Below, one piece after another: positions 1 to 9,289 of a stretch of DNA of 64,000 nt. A program made the translations under genes and the position numbers. Each line of letters opens with the position of its first letter. Positions within the stretch are counted from its first letter, which is position 1. The DNA is from Candidatus Peregrinibacteria bacterium (GTDB lineage: Bacteria > Patescibacteriota > Gracilibacteria > Peribacterales > Peribacteraceae): NCBI GenBank assembly GCA_016186175.1, contig JACPMB010000012.1, positions 39,243 through 103,242 of the forward strand, given 5' to 3'. The notes beneath the pieces are model-generated. The model saw nothing but the letters and a program-made list of their open reading frames with translations. It ran no database searches and had not been told where the DNA came from.

Positions 1-983
1 CGCGGATTGGTCAGTACTACTTTGGCTGCGCTGACAGATTATTCGCGCTTGCGGTGATCCGGCGTCATCCTCCACATCATGCCTTTTGGAAGCAGTTCGA
101 CGTCATCCATCTGAACCAGACAATGGGGCCGGCGCTTCTCGCGTTGCGGAAGACCGGAGTGCCTCTCTGCTTTTTCATTCACCATCCGGTATCGGCAGAT
201 CTCGGCATCGCACTGCAGGAATCGTCTTTTCTTGAAGGCCTCTTCTGGCGTATGAAGTATTTCTTTCTCCTCCGCTGGCAGAAACGCTTCTGTCGGACGC
301 TGCCGCACGTCGTCACGGTGTCCAGGACTGCGGCGGAGAGGATCGCGGCGGATTACGGGTGTGATGCGACACGCATTCATATAGTTCCAAATGGAGTTGA
401 CACTGGTCAGTTTGTCCCTAATAACGACGCATTATCGGAGTTTGACGTGATCGCCGTCGGCGCATTCATCCATCCGCGAAAAGGTTTCCGGTATCTGATC
501 GACGTCTATCGACGGCTCAGTGAGCGGGGACTCAAAATCGCCGACGTCGGCCGACGGTCCGCCGGGCAGCAGAAAATTCTGCGCGATATTCCGAACGTGC
601 GGATATTCGGCACCGTGCGGCAGGAGGCATTGGTTGATCTGATGCGGCGTTCCGCTGTCCTCATATCCACCTCACTGTACGAGGGATTCGGATTGTCGCT
701 GATCGAGGCGCTCGCGTGCGGCCGCCCCGCGTTCGCCTTCGATGCCGGGGCAGTCGGCGAAGTCCTCAGTCCCATTGATCCTTCTCTTGTGGTTCCTATT
801 CGAGATACGGCAGGACTCGCAGCTCGCGTCATCCGGTTTCTGCAGTTGCCGCCCGCGGAGCGAGCGGAACGTGGTAGGGGATATCGGGACGCGGTCACGC
901 GCCTGTATCCGCAGAAACAGTCCGCCAACCGGCTCCGGGAGCTTTACGCGCTTCTGCTTGCGGAAAAACGCCAAGTCCGATAG
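1..983 (+). CDS. Glycosyltransferase, GT-B fold family 1 (GT4-like); 5' end outside window
   Basis: The frame of ORF 54..983 stays open back to nt 3. The C-terminal domain has the GT4 signature EGFGLSLIEALACGRPAFAFDAGAVGEVL. Confidence 0.8.
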   Translation, partial: RIGQYYFGCADRLFALAVIRRHPPHHAFWKQFDVIHLNQTMGPALLALRKTGVPLCFFIHHPVSADLGIALQESSFLEGLFWRMKYFFLLRWQKRFCRTLPHVVTVSRTAAERIAADYGCDATRIHIVPNGVDTGQFVPNNDALSEFDVIAVGAFIHPRKGFRYLIDVYRRLSERGLKIADVGRRSAGQQKILRDIPNVRIFGTVRQEALVDLMRRSAVLISTSLYEGFGLSLIEALACGRPAFAFDAGAVGEVLSPIDPSLVVPIRDTAGLAARVIRFLQLPPAERAERGRGYRDAVTRLYPQKQSANRLRELYALLLAEKRQVR

Positions 984-986
984 CGT

Positions 987-2813
987 TTGCGCACTATCAG
1001 CATGCACGCGATGCCTTCGTCGAACATCGGAAAACTCTTGTTTCTGCTGCGGAAGATTCACATCCGCCCGATCCATATCCTAATCCCGCTGGTGCTCTCG
1101 CTCTTCGCGGCGATGTCCGAAGGCGTTGGGATGGGACTCCTTATTCCGATCCTCAGCGGGTTCCTCTATAAGAGCTTTGCGTTTGTGACCGAACTCCCAT
1201 ACGCGGGACCGTGGATGCAGATGCTTCCGCCGTCCATCCTCCGCAACGACCGGCTGCTCTTCGTTATTCTCCTGTGCGGCTTCATCGCAGTCTACACGTT
1301 CAAGAACACGCTCAAGTTCCTTTCAATCGTCAGCATTTCGTACTTCTCCGAACGCACGCTCCATCATCTGCGGAAAATGCTCTTCGCGCGGTACCTGCAG
1401 TTCGGGAAACTCTTCTTCGATACCACGAACATCGGCCATCACAGCGCGCTGCTTCTGGATTTTTCCCAGCGTGCGTTGCAGCCGCTCGCCATCTTCGATC
1501 GGCTCCTCAATGCGCTCTTCTCTCTTATCGCCTATTTCATCGTTATTTTCCTCATTTCGTGGAAGTTGACGCTCGTGGCATTGCCACTCTTCGCGATCCT
1601 CCATTTCGCGATCCGCACGATGATTCTTCGGATCAAGCGGCTCTCGTACTCAATTTTGAACCAGGGATCAAACATGAACAAGAAGTCCGTCGAAATCCTC
1701 TCCACCATCCCGCTCGTGAAGGCCTACCGGACGGAAAGGCTCGAGCAGCAGCGGTATGCCGATATCAGTGATGCAAAGGCGCGTCTCGATTTCCGGGCGA
1801 ACGCACTGCAGGCGATCATGCTGCCGCTGCAGGAAATAATCACAATGCTAGTGGCGACGGTGATTCTGGTGGGGGCGCTCTACATCTTCGGACGCGAGCA
1901 GATCGCATCCGGGCCCGCGCTCATTGTCTACTTTTACGCGATTATCAACGCTTCGGGAAAGTTCGGCATGATCTCCGGTTTCCGCGGCGCCTTCGCTTCC
2001 TCATCCGGCGCTCTCGACGCTGTTCTCTCCGTCTTCAACGACTCCGGCAAGCATTTTGTGGAGGATGGCGACCAGGTATTTTCTGGATTGCGGAAAAATA
2101 TTGAATGTCGCAATCTCACGTTCTCCTACACCGATCGGAGCATTCTCAAGAACATCTCTCTAACCATCGTCGGTGGCCAGATGACGGCGATCGTGGGGCC
2201 GACTGGCGCAGGTAAGAGCACGCTTATCAGTCTCCTGATGCGGTATTACGATTGCCCGCCAGGTTCCATCTTCATTGACGGCAAAGACATCAGATACAAC
2301 ACGCTCGATTCCTATCTCGCGCATATGGCGGTGGTAAGTCAGGAAACATTGCTCCTGCACGATTCCCTCAAGAACAATATCACCTACGGCCTGCACGACG
2401 TCAGCGACTCTGCGCTTATGGAGGCCGTCCGGGCCGCGCGCCTGGAAGATTTCGTGAAACAGCTGCCTTGCGGCCTCGATACTCTAATAGGTGACCGTGG
2501 GGTCAGACTCTCCGGCGGTGAAAAGCAGCGTGTGAGCATCGCTCGCGCGCTTCTCAAGGGCGCCGGGATCCTAATCCTGGACGAAGCAACAAGCTCGCTC
2601 GACAGCCAGACGGAGCAGCTCATTCAGGATGCGATTGACGAAGCGATCACAGGTCGCACAGCGATCGTGATCGCACACCGGCTCTCAACAATCAAGCATG
2701 CCGACAAAATAATCGTCCTAAAGGATGGCAAGGTGGCGGAGGAGGGGACACTGGAGGAGTTGCTAAAAAGAAATGGAGCTTTCTTTCATTTATGGGAGGA
2801 GCAAAAGTTCTAG
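987..2813 (+). CDS. ABC transporter, fused permease/ATPase (MsbA-like lipid or glycan exporter)
   Basis: Hydrophobic N-terminal half, then Walker A GPTGAGKST, ABC signature LSGGEKQRVSIARA and Walker B ILILDEATSSLD. Start is uncertain (TTG 987, ATG 1002 or 1011). Confidence 0.85.
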   Translation: MRTISMHAMPSSNIGKLLFLLRKIHIRPIHILIPLVLSLFAAMSEGVGMGLLIPILSGFLYKSFAFVTELPYAGPWMQMLPPSILRNDRLLFVILLCGFIAVYTFKNTLKFLSIVSISYFSERTLHHLRKMLFARYLQFGKLFFDTTNIGHHSALLLDFSQRALQPLAIFDRLLNALFSLIAYFIVIFLISWKLTLVALPLFAILHFAIRTMILRIKRLSYSILNQGSNMNKKSVEILSTIPLVKAYRTERLEQQRYADISDAKARLDFRANALQAIMLPLQEIITMLVATVILVGALYIFGREQIASGPALIVYFYAIINASGKFGMISGFRGAFASSSGALDAVLSVFNDSGKHFVEDGDQVFSGLRKNIECRNLTFSYTDRSILKNISLTIVGGQMTAIVGPTGAGKSTLISLLMRYYDCPPGSIFIDGKDIRYNTLDSYLAHMAVVSQETLLLHDSLKNNITYGLHDVSDSALMEAVRAARLEDFVKQLPCGLDTLIGDRGVRLSGGEKQRVSIARALLKGAGILILDEATSSLDSQTEQLIQDAIDEAITGRTAIVIAHRLSTIKHADKIIVLKDGKVAEEGTLEELLKRNGAFFHLWEEQKF

Positions 2814-2831
2814 ACACGGCGCCGTGTCTAG
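2810..2831 (+). terminator. Perfect 22-nt palindrome overlapping the ABC transporter stop codon; candidate terminator hairpin
   Basis: CTAGACACGGCGCCGTGTCTAG read directly, followed by the T-rich TTGTTGCCTGTCTT. There is no clean U-tract, so function is uncertain. Confidence 0.35.
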
Positions 2832-2911
2832 TTGTTGCCTGTCTTCCGCAGCCCGGCTCTCAGGCCATCACTAATTCTGTATCCTATGCAGGTCTTCCGT
2901 ACCATTTGTGT

Positions 2912-3811
2912 ATGCCTGAGCAGTGCCTGATTTGCGGAACAAGAGGAGCATTATGCCGCATACGCGACATGGAGATGCTGCTCTGTCCCTCGTGCGGGTT
3001 TCTGTGGCTCAAAGACAAAATTCTTCCATCTGATCATTACAGCAACGTCGCCGTTGGCATTGATGAAGCGAAAACTCTGCGGCGCCGCAGAAACGCGATT
3101 GACCGTACGAACATCATCCGTCGTCATCTTTTGTTGAATAACACATGCGACGTTGGAACGGGTGAAGGCCTCTTTCTCAAGGTTCTTGATGAACATGGAT
3201 ATACGGGATGCTGTGGGATAGAACCGGGAGCGGACGGAGTCGCCCATGCCCGCTCGCTCGGGCTTGATGTCATTTGCGGGTCAATTGATGACGTCGGATC
3301 TATAGCGGAAGCGAGAAATATCGGTGTTATCACGCTCTTCCACGTCATCGAGCATCTCGATGATCCGCGCGGGGACATCCAAAAACTACACGATGCGCTG
3401 CCTTCTGGCGGTCATCTGGTCATCGAAACGCCGAATTTGCGCGGCTTTTCCCCGCGTACCATTAGAGATGATTGGGAGCTCTTCTACCCCGAGCATCTAT
3501 GGTACTTCGATAACCGCACACTGCCGGGATTTCTTAAGCAATTCGGTTTTCGGATCATAGCGCAGGGGAAGAGGGATTTTGACAGTGAGGGGAAAGGCAT
3601 TCCCGAACTCTTGTTCCGGCTAGGACTGCGTCGCCAAGGAGAGAAATCATCGAAATATACGCAGCCATCCGGCCAATCGACATCATCTTCTCCGCCGTGG
3701 AAACATTCCCGTTACTCCTTTTTCCGTTCTATGATTCGCTGGTTCCTCGAGACACTCGTCCAATGGAGCGGACGGGTGGATTATTTCTGGGCGATCGCTC
3801 AGAAGCCGTGA
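2912..3811 (+). CDS. Class I SAM-dependent methyltransferase with N-terminal Cys4 zinc ribbon
   Basis: CLICG...CPSCG ribbon, SAM motif I CDVGTGEGLFL and LFHVIEHLDDP. I start it at the first ATG after the upstream hairpin (ORF track 2792..3811). Confidence 0.7.
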   Translation: MPEQCLICGTRGALCRIRDMEMLLCPSCGFLWLKDKILPSDHYSNVAVGIDEAKTLRRRRNAIDRTNIIRRHLLLNNTCDVGTGEGLFLKVLDEHGYTGCCGIEPGADGVAHARSLGLDVICGSIDDVGSIAEARNIGVITLFHVIEHLDDPRGDIQKLHDALPSGGHLVIETPNLRGFSPRTIRDDWELFYPEHLWYFDNRTLPGFLKQFGFRIIAQGKRDFDSEGKGIPELLFRLGLRRQGEKSSKYTQPSGQSTSSSPPWKHSRYSFFRSMIRWFLETLVQWSGRVDYFWAIAQKP

Positions 3812-3821
3812 GATTCATAGC

Positions 3822-5411
3822 ATGTACTTCTTTGGAGCGTGCATGGCTTGTCGAGCCGTCCTTTTCAAGACACACTGCTTGCCTATGGCAAGCGCCGCTC
3901 CCATCCGCGCAATCGTCGGGCGTTTCGGGATGGATTTTGCCCGTCAGGTTATGGAAAACGTCCTGAATGAGAGGCCGTTTGATTTTTGCGGCATCATTTC
4001 CGTCGGCGTGGAACCGAAATTTTTCCGTGGCATGCCGGCAGATAATCAGGAGTGGTTTGCCTCCAGCATGATACGCGGGTGTGAGTATGCTGGAGTTGAT
4101 TGGCAGACGCTCGCTCCGATTGATGAGGCTCTCATCATGGCAATGCGCGAATGTGAGGCGACGTTCATGGAAATGGTCTCGCGGCTGGAATGGAAGAGGA
4201 GCATCTCCTACGGCGTGCGGAAACGATGGTATCTGCGTCATCTGCGTTTCTGGAATGATTATCTCACGCGTCACAGGATCGGCCTGTACCTGTCGGCGTG
4301 GGTGCCGCACGAGATCCCCGACATCATCATCTACGCGCTCTGCAAGCTCAGGAATATCCCCGTCGTCTATTTCGGCGTTACGTCTATCCGTGATGTGTCG
4401 TTTGTAGAGCATGATTGGGAGGAATCCGCCGTGCAGGTTCGCGACCGCTACCGCGAGCTTCTGTTGCAGTACGGCCCGGATCATGACCCGCTGACAATTC
4501 CTCTCGAAGAGCGCCTCGATCTGCGGTACCGCGGTCTCGTGAATCCAAGCGGCGAGGTGCCCACACTCGAAGAACAGGATCTGGATTTGTCCCATGGAGC
4601 GGCGGTCAAGCGGTTGCTGAAAACGGATCCAGTCGCCTTCCTTCGCCACGGTCTCGCCTATGCGACTCCGCGCGGCGCTGCACGGGCGTACCGGGCATGG
4701 AAAAGAAATAAGAGCATGACAGAGGCCAATGCGTTCTACGATACCCATGCCTCCGACGCGCCCGATCTCCGCCGCTCGTACGTGTACATGCCACTTTCCT
4801 TCCAGCCCGAGGCGACTACGGTTCCGCTAGCGGGCGGCTATGCGGACCAAGTCCTTATGGCTCAAATGCTGAGCGCCCTACTTCCGCAGGAGGTCATGAT
4901 CTATGTCAAAGAACACCCGCGTCCGAGTTCGTCCGAAAAGCGCACTGTCGATTTTTACAGGGACTTCGCCGCCATTTCGCGCGTGCGATTCATACCGCGC
5001 TCATTCGATACATTTGCCATGCGAGAGCATTGCCGGGCCATCGCGACTACGGCAGGGACGGCGGGATTCGAAGCGTCTTTCCGCGGGAAGCCAGTTTTCA
5101 TGTTCGGACATTGCTACTATCAGTATGCGCCGGGAGTGCATCGCATTCATTCCATGGACGACTGCCGCAATGCGGTCCGTGAGATCTTCGACGGCGGGGC
5201 GGCCCCCACTCTTCTCCAGTGCCGCCTTTATCTGAAGGCGATAGAAGAGACCTGTGTGCATGGCGTCCTCGATCCGTGGTGTTTTAATGTGTCGCATCTT
5301 TCCGCGGATGAAAACATGAAAAACAGCAGCGCGGCGATCGTGCAGGAACTGGATGCGCTTTTTGGATCATCGCAGAAGAGCCATGACCTGGCGAACGTTT
5401 CTTCCGATTAG
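3822..5411 (+). CDS. Capsule_synth (KpsS/KpsC-like) family glycosyltransferase, paralog 1
   Basis: The C-terminal half reads YVYMPLSFQPEATTVP...VKEHPRP...IATTAGTAGFEASFRGKPVFMFGHCYYQ. This matches the remembered KpsS/KpsC pattern (Q-x-E, K-x-HP, T-x-G-x-EA...GKPV...G). It looks clearly homologous, by eye, to the convergent ORF 5367..6827. Confidence 0.55.
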   Translation: MYFFGACMACRAVLFKTHCLPMASAAPIRAIVGRFGMDFARQVMENVLNERPFDFCGIISVGVEPKFFRGMPADNQEWFASSMIRGCEYAGVDWQTLAPIDEALIMAMRECEATFMEMVSRLEWKRSISYGVRKRWYLRHLRFWNDYLTRHRIGLYLSAWVPHEIPDIIIYALCKLRNIPVVYFGVTSIRDVSFVEHDWEESAVQVRDRYRELLLQYGPDHDPLTIPLEERLDLRYRGLVNPSGEVPTLEEQDLDLSHGAAVKRLLKTDPVAFLRHGLAYATPRGAARAYRAWKRNKSMTEANAFYDTHASDAPDLRRSYVYMPLSFQPEATTVPLAGGYADQVLMAQMLSALLPQEVMIYVKEHPRPSSSEKRTVDFYRDFAAISRVRFIPRSFDTFAMREHCRAIATTAGTAGFEASFRGKPVFMFGHCYYQYAPGVHRIHSMDDCRNAVREIFDGGAAPTLLQCRLYLKAIEETCVHGVLDPWCFNVSHLSADENMKNSSAAIVQELDALFGSSQKSHDLANVSSD

Positions 5412-6827
5412 CTCCGCCCATAAGGTGGTCTTCTCATCCTGGGAATATTTCTCAAACGGACTGTCCGGCGGGCCGGGGTATGGAGTGGCGCATTCTTCAA
5501 TCGCCTTCAGGAAAATGCGGATCTGTCGTTCGGAAATTGTCGCCTTACCCGCAAAAATGGCGTCAATCGCTTTCTTGCACTCTTCGGCGGTGCGGATACG
5601 GTGCACGCCTTGCGCGAATTGATAGTAATAATGCCCGAACATCAGCACCGGTTTCTGTCGCATGAATCCCTCAAAACCGGCGGTGCCACCTCCGGTCGCG
5701 ATGGCGACGGCATGATCAATAAGCTGGAACGTATCCATTTCACGCGGCACGAATGTAACGGAAGGAACGGCAAGGAGAGTCTTGTAGAAGGCGATGCTGC
5801 GGCAGCGCTCTCCCTGTGCGGGATGCTCCTTGATGTAGATCGCGACGTTCTTTGGTAAATTCGCCGCTATGAGCTGGATAACGCGTTCTTGGTCGGCATA
5901 CGCCCCCGCACCCGGCACTGTACTCGCCTCCGGCTGATAATGGAGAGGAGCATATACAAAGGGCCGCGATAGATCGGGCAACTTCGCGTGGTCGTCGTAG
6001 AATCGGATCGTCCGGTGCTGTTGCAGCTTATGGGACCAGAATTGCCGGGAGAGAACGCTCTGGAAGAACGTGCGCGGGTTTCTTTTGAAGACTTTCAGGG
6101 CCTTCTTGCGCCACTTGAGGAGGAAGTTTCGCCGCACGAGGCCGTCTTGCCTGGGCTTGTACCAGACGACGGGGTGTTCTCTTCGGAAATATTCGAAGTA
6201 CCACTGATAATTGTCCGACAGCGGTATGGGTTTCTCCGGATCCGCATACTCATCGGAGAATCGGCGTATGTTTTCTCCGATTTCGACTACAGAATCTTCC
6301 CAGTCCCGCACGACGAAAATCGAATCTATCGCCTGTAGATGCTCCAAGTACAAGACATGGATGCCCTTGGTCTTACAAAGACTATACAGGATGTAGTCGT
6401 AACATTTATGCGGCATGTGATACATCAAGACAAGGTTGATCTTCCTGGTATCCAGGAAATCGTTCCAGTACCGCAAGTGGGAAAAATATTGGCGCCGCCG
6501 TTCGCCGTAAGGCATATCGCCGGAGAGCTTGAAACGTGTTCGATGCACGTATTTCCCCACCATTTCCATGAACACACATTCAAAAGGCCTCATCCGTTCT
6601 ATCAATTCTTCATCGAGAGGAGCGATGGTGTTCCAGTTTGTGTCCGTGAAATGTCCCTCTCGAAGGGGGCGCTCCTCCATCCAGAGGTGCTCCTTGGCGT
6701 TCAGATCCGGTATTACCTCCCGCTTGTTCGTGACTGAGATGCACAGGTTCAGCTCCAATCCTTTAAACGCCCGCTCCAGAGCGGTCTTATCGACGGAGCC
6801 CTCAAATGACGTGATTATGATGTTCAT
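5367..6827 (-). CDS. Capsule_synth (KpsS/KpsC-like) family glycosyltransferase, paralog 2
   Basis: FVYAPLHYQPEASTVP...IKEHPAQ...IATGGGTAGFEGFMRQKPVLMFGHYYYQ. I start it at MNIIITSF (6827), which makes an ATGA overlap with the pseI stop. Its 3' end overlaps paralog 1 by 45 nt. Confidence 0.55.
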   Translation of the reverse strand: MNIIITSFEGSVDKTALERAFKGLELNLCISVTNKREVIPDLNAKEHLWMEERPLREGHFTDTNWNTIAPLDEELIERMRPFECVFMEMVGKYVHRTRFKLSGDMPYGERRRQYFSHLRYWNDFLDTRKINLVLMYHMPHKCYDYILYSLCKTKGIHVLYLEHLQAIDSIFVVRDWEDSVVEIGENIRRFSDEYADPEKPIPLSDNYQWYFEYFRREHPVVWYKPRQDGLVRRNFLLKWRKKALKVFKRNPRTFFQSVLSRQFWSHKLQQHRTIRFYDDHAKLPDLSRPFVYAPLHYQPEASTVPGAGAYADQERVIQLIAANLPKNVAIYIKEHPAQGERCRSIAFYKTLLAVPSVTFVPREMDTFQLIDHAVAIATGGGTAGFEGFMRQKPVLMFGHYYYQFAQGVHRIRTAEECKKAIDAIFAGKATISERQIRIFLKAIEECATPYPGPPDSPFEKYSQDEKTTLWAELIGRNVRQVMALLR

Positions 6828-7933
6828 GGGTGCAGTATGCCAATATTTGCAACCAATGCCCACGAGAGCGGCGTCCCGCGGGAGATGGCCGACGTGGCTT
6901 TCCGGCCTAGGACATTCTCCAGTTCCTTCGGCGGCAGGCCGTATCCCGGCCGTATTATGCGCGTGTTGCGCTCCGTGAATGTGTCGCCTTTTCGCATGTT
7001 TTCCACGACGAACACGGAAGGACGGAAGATCAGATTGCCTTTATCTCCGTTTGCGGGTCCGTAGCGCACGGTGCCGAGCGCTTTCCCGTCAATTTCCGCC
7101 GATCCGGGGTCGTTTTCCGCGGCGCGAACGACATCCACCATTTTCCGAAATTCCAGCGGTTCCATCGAAAAAGAGCTGTCCGGCCCCTTGTCACGCTCGC
7201 GGTCGAGCACGAAATGCTTTTCGATTATGCACGCGCCTTGCGTGATGGCGGCGACTGGAACGGCGTCGCCAGTCGTGTGATCGGAAATGCCGACGGGAAC
7301 GCCGAATTCCCTCATCATATCCGGAATGGTTCGCAGGTTTGCGTCCTCTGGCTTCGCCGGATACGCGCTTGTGCATTTGAGAAGCGCCATCTCCCTTGCC
7401 CCGGCCCTGCCAGCTTCCGCGAGCGCGTCGCCGATTTCCGCCTTGGTTGCCATGCCTGTAGAGAGGATCATCGGCTTTCCGGTTTTTGCGATTCGGCGGA
7501 TCAACGGAAGATGCACCAATTCAAAAGAAGCGACCTTGTAAGCGGGGACATCCATCCGTTCTAAAAAATCCACTGCGGTCTCATCGAACGGCGTCGAGAA
7601 GCAATCCATGCCGAGATGTTCTGCCAGCTCCTTCAGTTCCGGCTGCCACTCCCACGGCGTGAAGGCATCGCCGTACAGTTCGTAGAGCGACTGTCCTTCC
7701 CAGATCGTTCCTTTCAGGCAGTCCGTGAAGTACGAATTGTGACAATTGATGGTAATGGTATCCGGCGTGTACGTCTGCAGCTTCACGGCATCCGCTCCGG
7801 ATTCTTTCATCGCATGTACCATCTCCTTTGCCTTCGCCTTATCCTGCCCGTGGTTCGCCGACATCTCCGCGATTATGTAAGCGGGCCCTGCGGCAAGGCC
7901 GATTGCGCGGCGTCCGATCGTTATTGGTTTCAT
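6824..7933 (-). CDS. pseI: Pseudaminic acid synthase (NeuB family, with C-terminal SAF domain)
   Basis: AYIIAEMSANHGQDKAKAKEMVHAMKESGADAVKLQTY is the NeuB-family N-terminus, and the C-terminal IIRPGYGLPP is SAF-like. It lies in the operon with pseB/C/G/F. Confidence 0.8.
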   Translation of the reverse strand: MKPITIGRRAIGLAAGPAYIIAEMSANHGQDKAKAKEMVHAMKESGADAVKLQTYTPDTITINCHNSYFTDCLKGTIWEGQSLYELYGDAFTPWEWQPELKELAEHLGMDCFSTPFDETAVDFLERMDVPAYKVASFELVHLPLIRRIAKTGKPMILSTGMATKAEIGDALAEAGRAGAREMALLKCTSAYPAKPEDANLRTIPDMMREFGVPVGISDHTTGDAVPVAAITQGACIIEKHFVLDRERDKGPDSSFSMEPLEFRKMVDVVRAAENDPGSAEIDGKALGTVRYGPANGDKGNLIFRPSVFVVENMRKGDTFTERNTRIIRPGYGLPPKELENVLGRKATSAISRGTPLSWALVANIGILHP

Positions 7934-8610
7934 TGCATGTCGCGAATTATCTCAAATGCCTCCGCTGCGCTCAGCCCGGCAACGCTGCCACATGCGAGCG
8001 CCTTCGCGCGAATAGCCTCCGGGCTGCGCGGATGCGGGAACGGCCTCTCTTCGCCATCGTACATGCTCATTGCCTTGATCTTCTTGTCCAGCGTCGCGCC
8101 AATATCCATAAAAGCGTTCGCGCGGAAGACCGGCGAGAACTTCTGAAATGCCCATTCCGAAGAGGAACTCGCTTCGAAACCAAGCACTCTCTTCACGCAA
8201 CCGCCCTTCATCGGGCGCGTTGCAGTCAGCACTGCGCGGAAGGTCAGTGCATGATCAATGTTCAGGTCGCCTCCGTGTTGGGTGTAGACGATTGCAGGTT
8301 TTATCGTTTCTATCTTCGTTTCGACGATCTTGATGATGTCGAGGAGGGGGACAGTGTCGAAGCGGTTGTCCGGAAGTTTCGTGAGGGAGACGTCTTGCGC
8401 ACCAAGAAACTTTCCCACACTCTCAGCCTGAGCGTGGAGTTTTTTAAGCAGCGCAGGGTCGGCGTCCGTCGGATTTTCGTGGCGCGAGCTGACGCCCTCG
8501 CCGAGGATCAAAATCGACACGCGGTTGCCCTCCGCTGCGAGGCGGGCGATGGTTCCTCCGCAGCCGAGGACTTCATCATCCGGATGTGCGGCGACAATCA
8601 GGACGTTCAT
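7930..8610 (-). CDS. PIG-L/LmbE family N-deacetylase
   Basis: VLIVAAHPDDEVLGCGGT motif. It has 4-nt overlaps with both neighbours. Confidence 0.75.
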   Translation of the reverse strand: MNVLIVAAHPDDEVLGCGGTIARLAAEGNRVSILILGEGVSSRHENPTDADPALLKKLHAQAESVGKFLGAQDVSLTKLPDNRFDTVPLLDIIKIVETKIETIKPAIVYTQHGGDLNIDHALTFRAVLTATRPMKGGCVKRVLGFEASSSSEWAFQKFSPVFRANAFMDIGATLDKKIKAMSMYDGEERPFPHPRSPEAIRAKALACGSVAGLSAAEAFEIIRDMQ

Positions 8611-9284
8611 AAAAGATGATCTGGAACGATAGTTGCGTCCGACTGAACGGCGCCGCCGGCAAATCTAGCATTACGGAACTCGCAACGGAAATCTTTATAA
8701 CGGAAAAAAGCCCGAGGATAGCCCTCCGCATCCAGCATCCGGATGAAGTCATAGAGCTTCTCTGGAGACAGTCCTTCCGGGATTTCGCTCTCTTCCGGCG
8801 TCCTGCGCTCGAACGTCACCACTTTGCCAGTCTGCGGCTTAGGCTCCGGATGTTCGCGGATGATCTGTCCGATAATCTCGGCTGCAAGTTCGCTTGAACG
8901 CTCAAGAATTTCCTGAGCTGAGCCTCCCAAACTCATCGGCTTCTTCAAATACACCGGTCCTGCGTCCAATTCCTCCGTCATCCGATGGGCAGTGAGGACG
9001 GTGTCTTTTTTCCCAAGCAGGATGAGATTCTGAAGCGGGGATCCTCCCCGGCCGAATGGCAGATCGGTCATGTGAAAGTTGACGCACTCGCACGCGTCCA
9101 TAATCTCCCGCGACACCATCCATGACCAATGCAAAAAGAAGATGTATCGCGGCTTGATTTTCCGCACCATCGCGAGCGTCAGATCTTCCTTCTTCGAGAC
9201 AAAGTGCCACGTCCCCGGGAACCGTGAGATCACTTCATCGAAGACGCGACGATTCCATAATTTACAGCCGCAGACGACGTACAC
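8607..9284 (-). CDS. Formyltransferase-like protein (Fmt/PurN fold)
   Basis: NFHMTDLPFGRGGSPLQN resembles the H-x-S-L-L-P-x-x-RG formyltransferase core. Size and position match the formyltransferase genes found in nonulosonate loci. Confidence 0.6.
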   Translation of the reverse strand: MYVVCGCKLWNRRVFDEVISRFPGTWHFVSKKEDLTLAMVRKIKPRYIFFLHWSWMVSREIMDACECVNFHMTDLPFGRGGSPLQNLILLGKKDTVLTAHRMTEELDAGPVYLKKPMSLGGSAQEILERSSELAAEIIGQIIREHPEPKPQTGKVVTFERRTPEESEIPEGLSPEKLYDFIRMLDAEGYPRAFFRYKDFRCEFRNARFAGGAVQSDATIVPDHLL

Positions 9285-9289
9285 AGAGC

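Noticed and set aside
3729-4748. Long antisense ORFs in the track. Examples are 3729..4748, 15481..16293, 18081..18893, 19244..20131, 31677..32675, 38800..39705, 52956..53843, 53107..54222, 57934..58896, 59157..60128 and 62828..63718.
   Set aside because: Each lies opposite or out of frame to a gene with clear family motifs. Their translations are Arg/Pro/Gly/Ala-rich with no motifs, as expected for shadow ORFs in GC-rich DNA.
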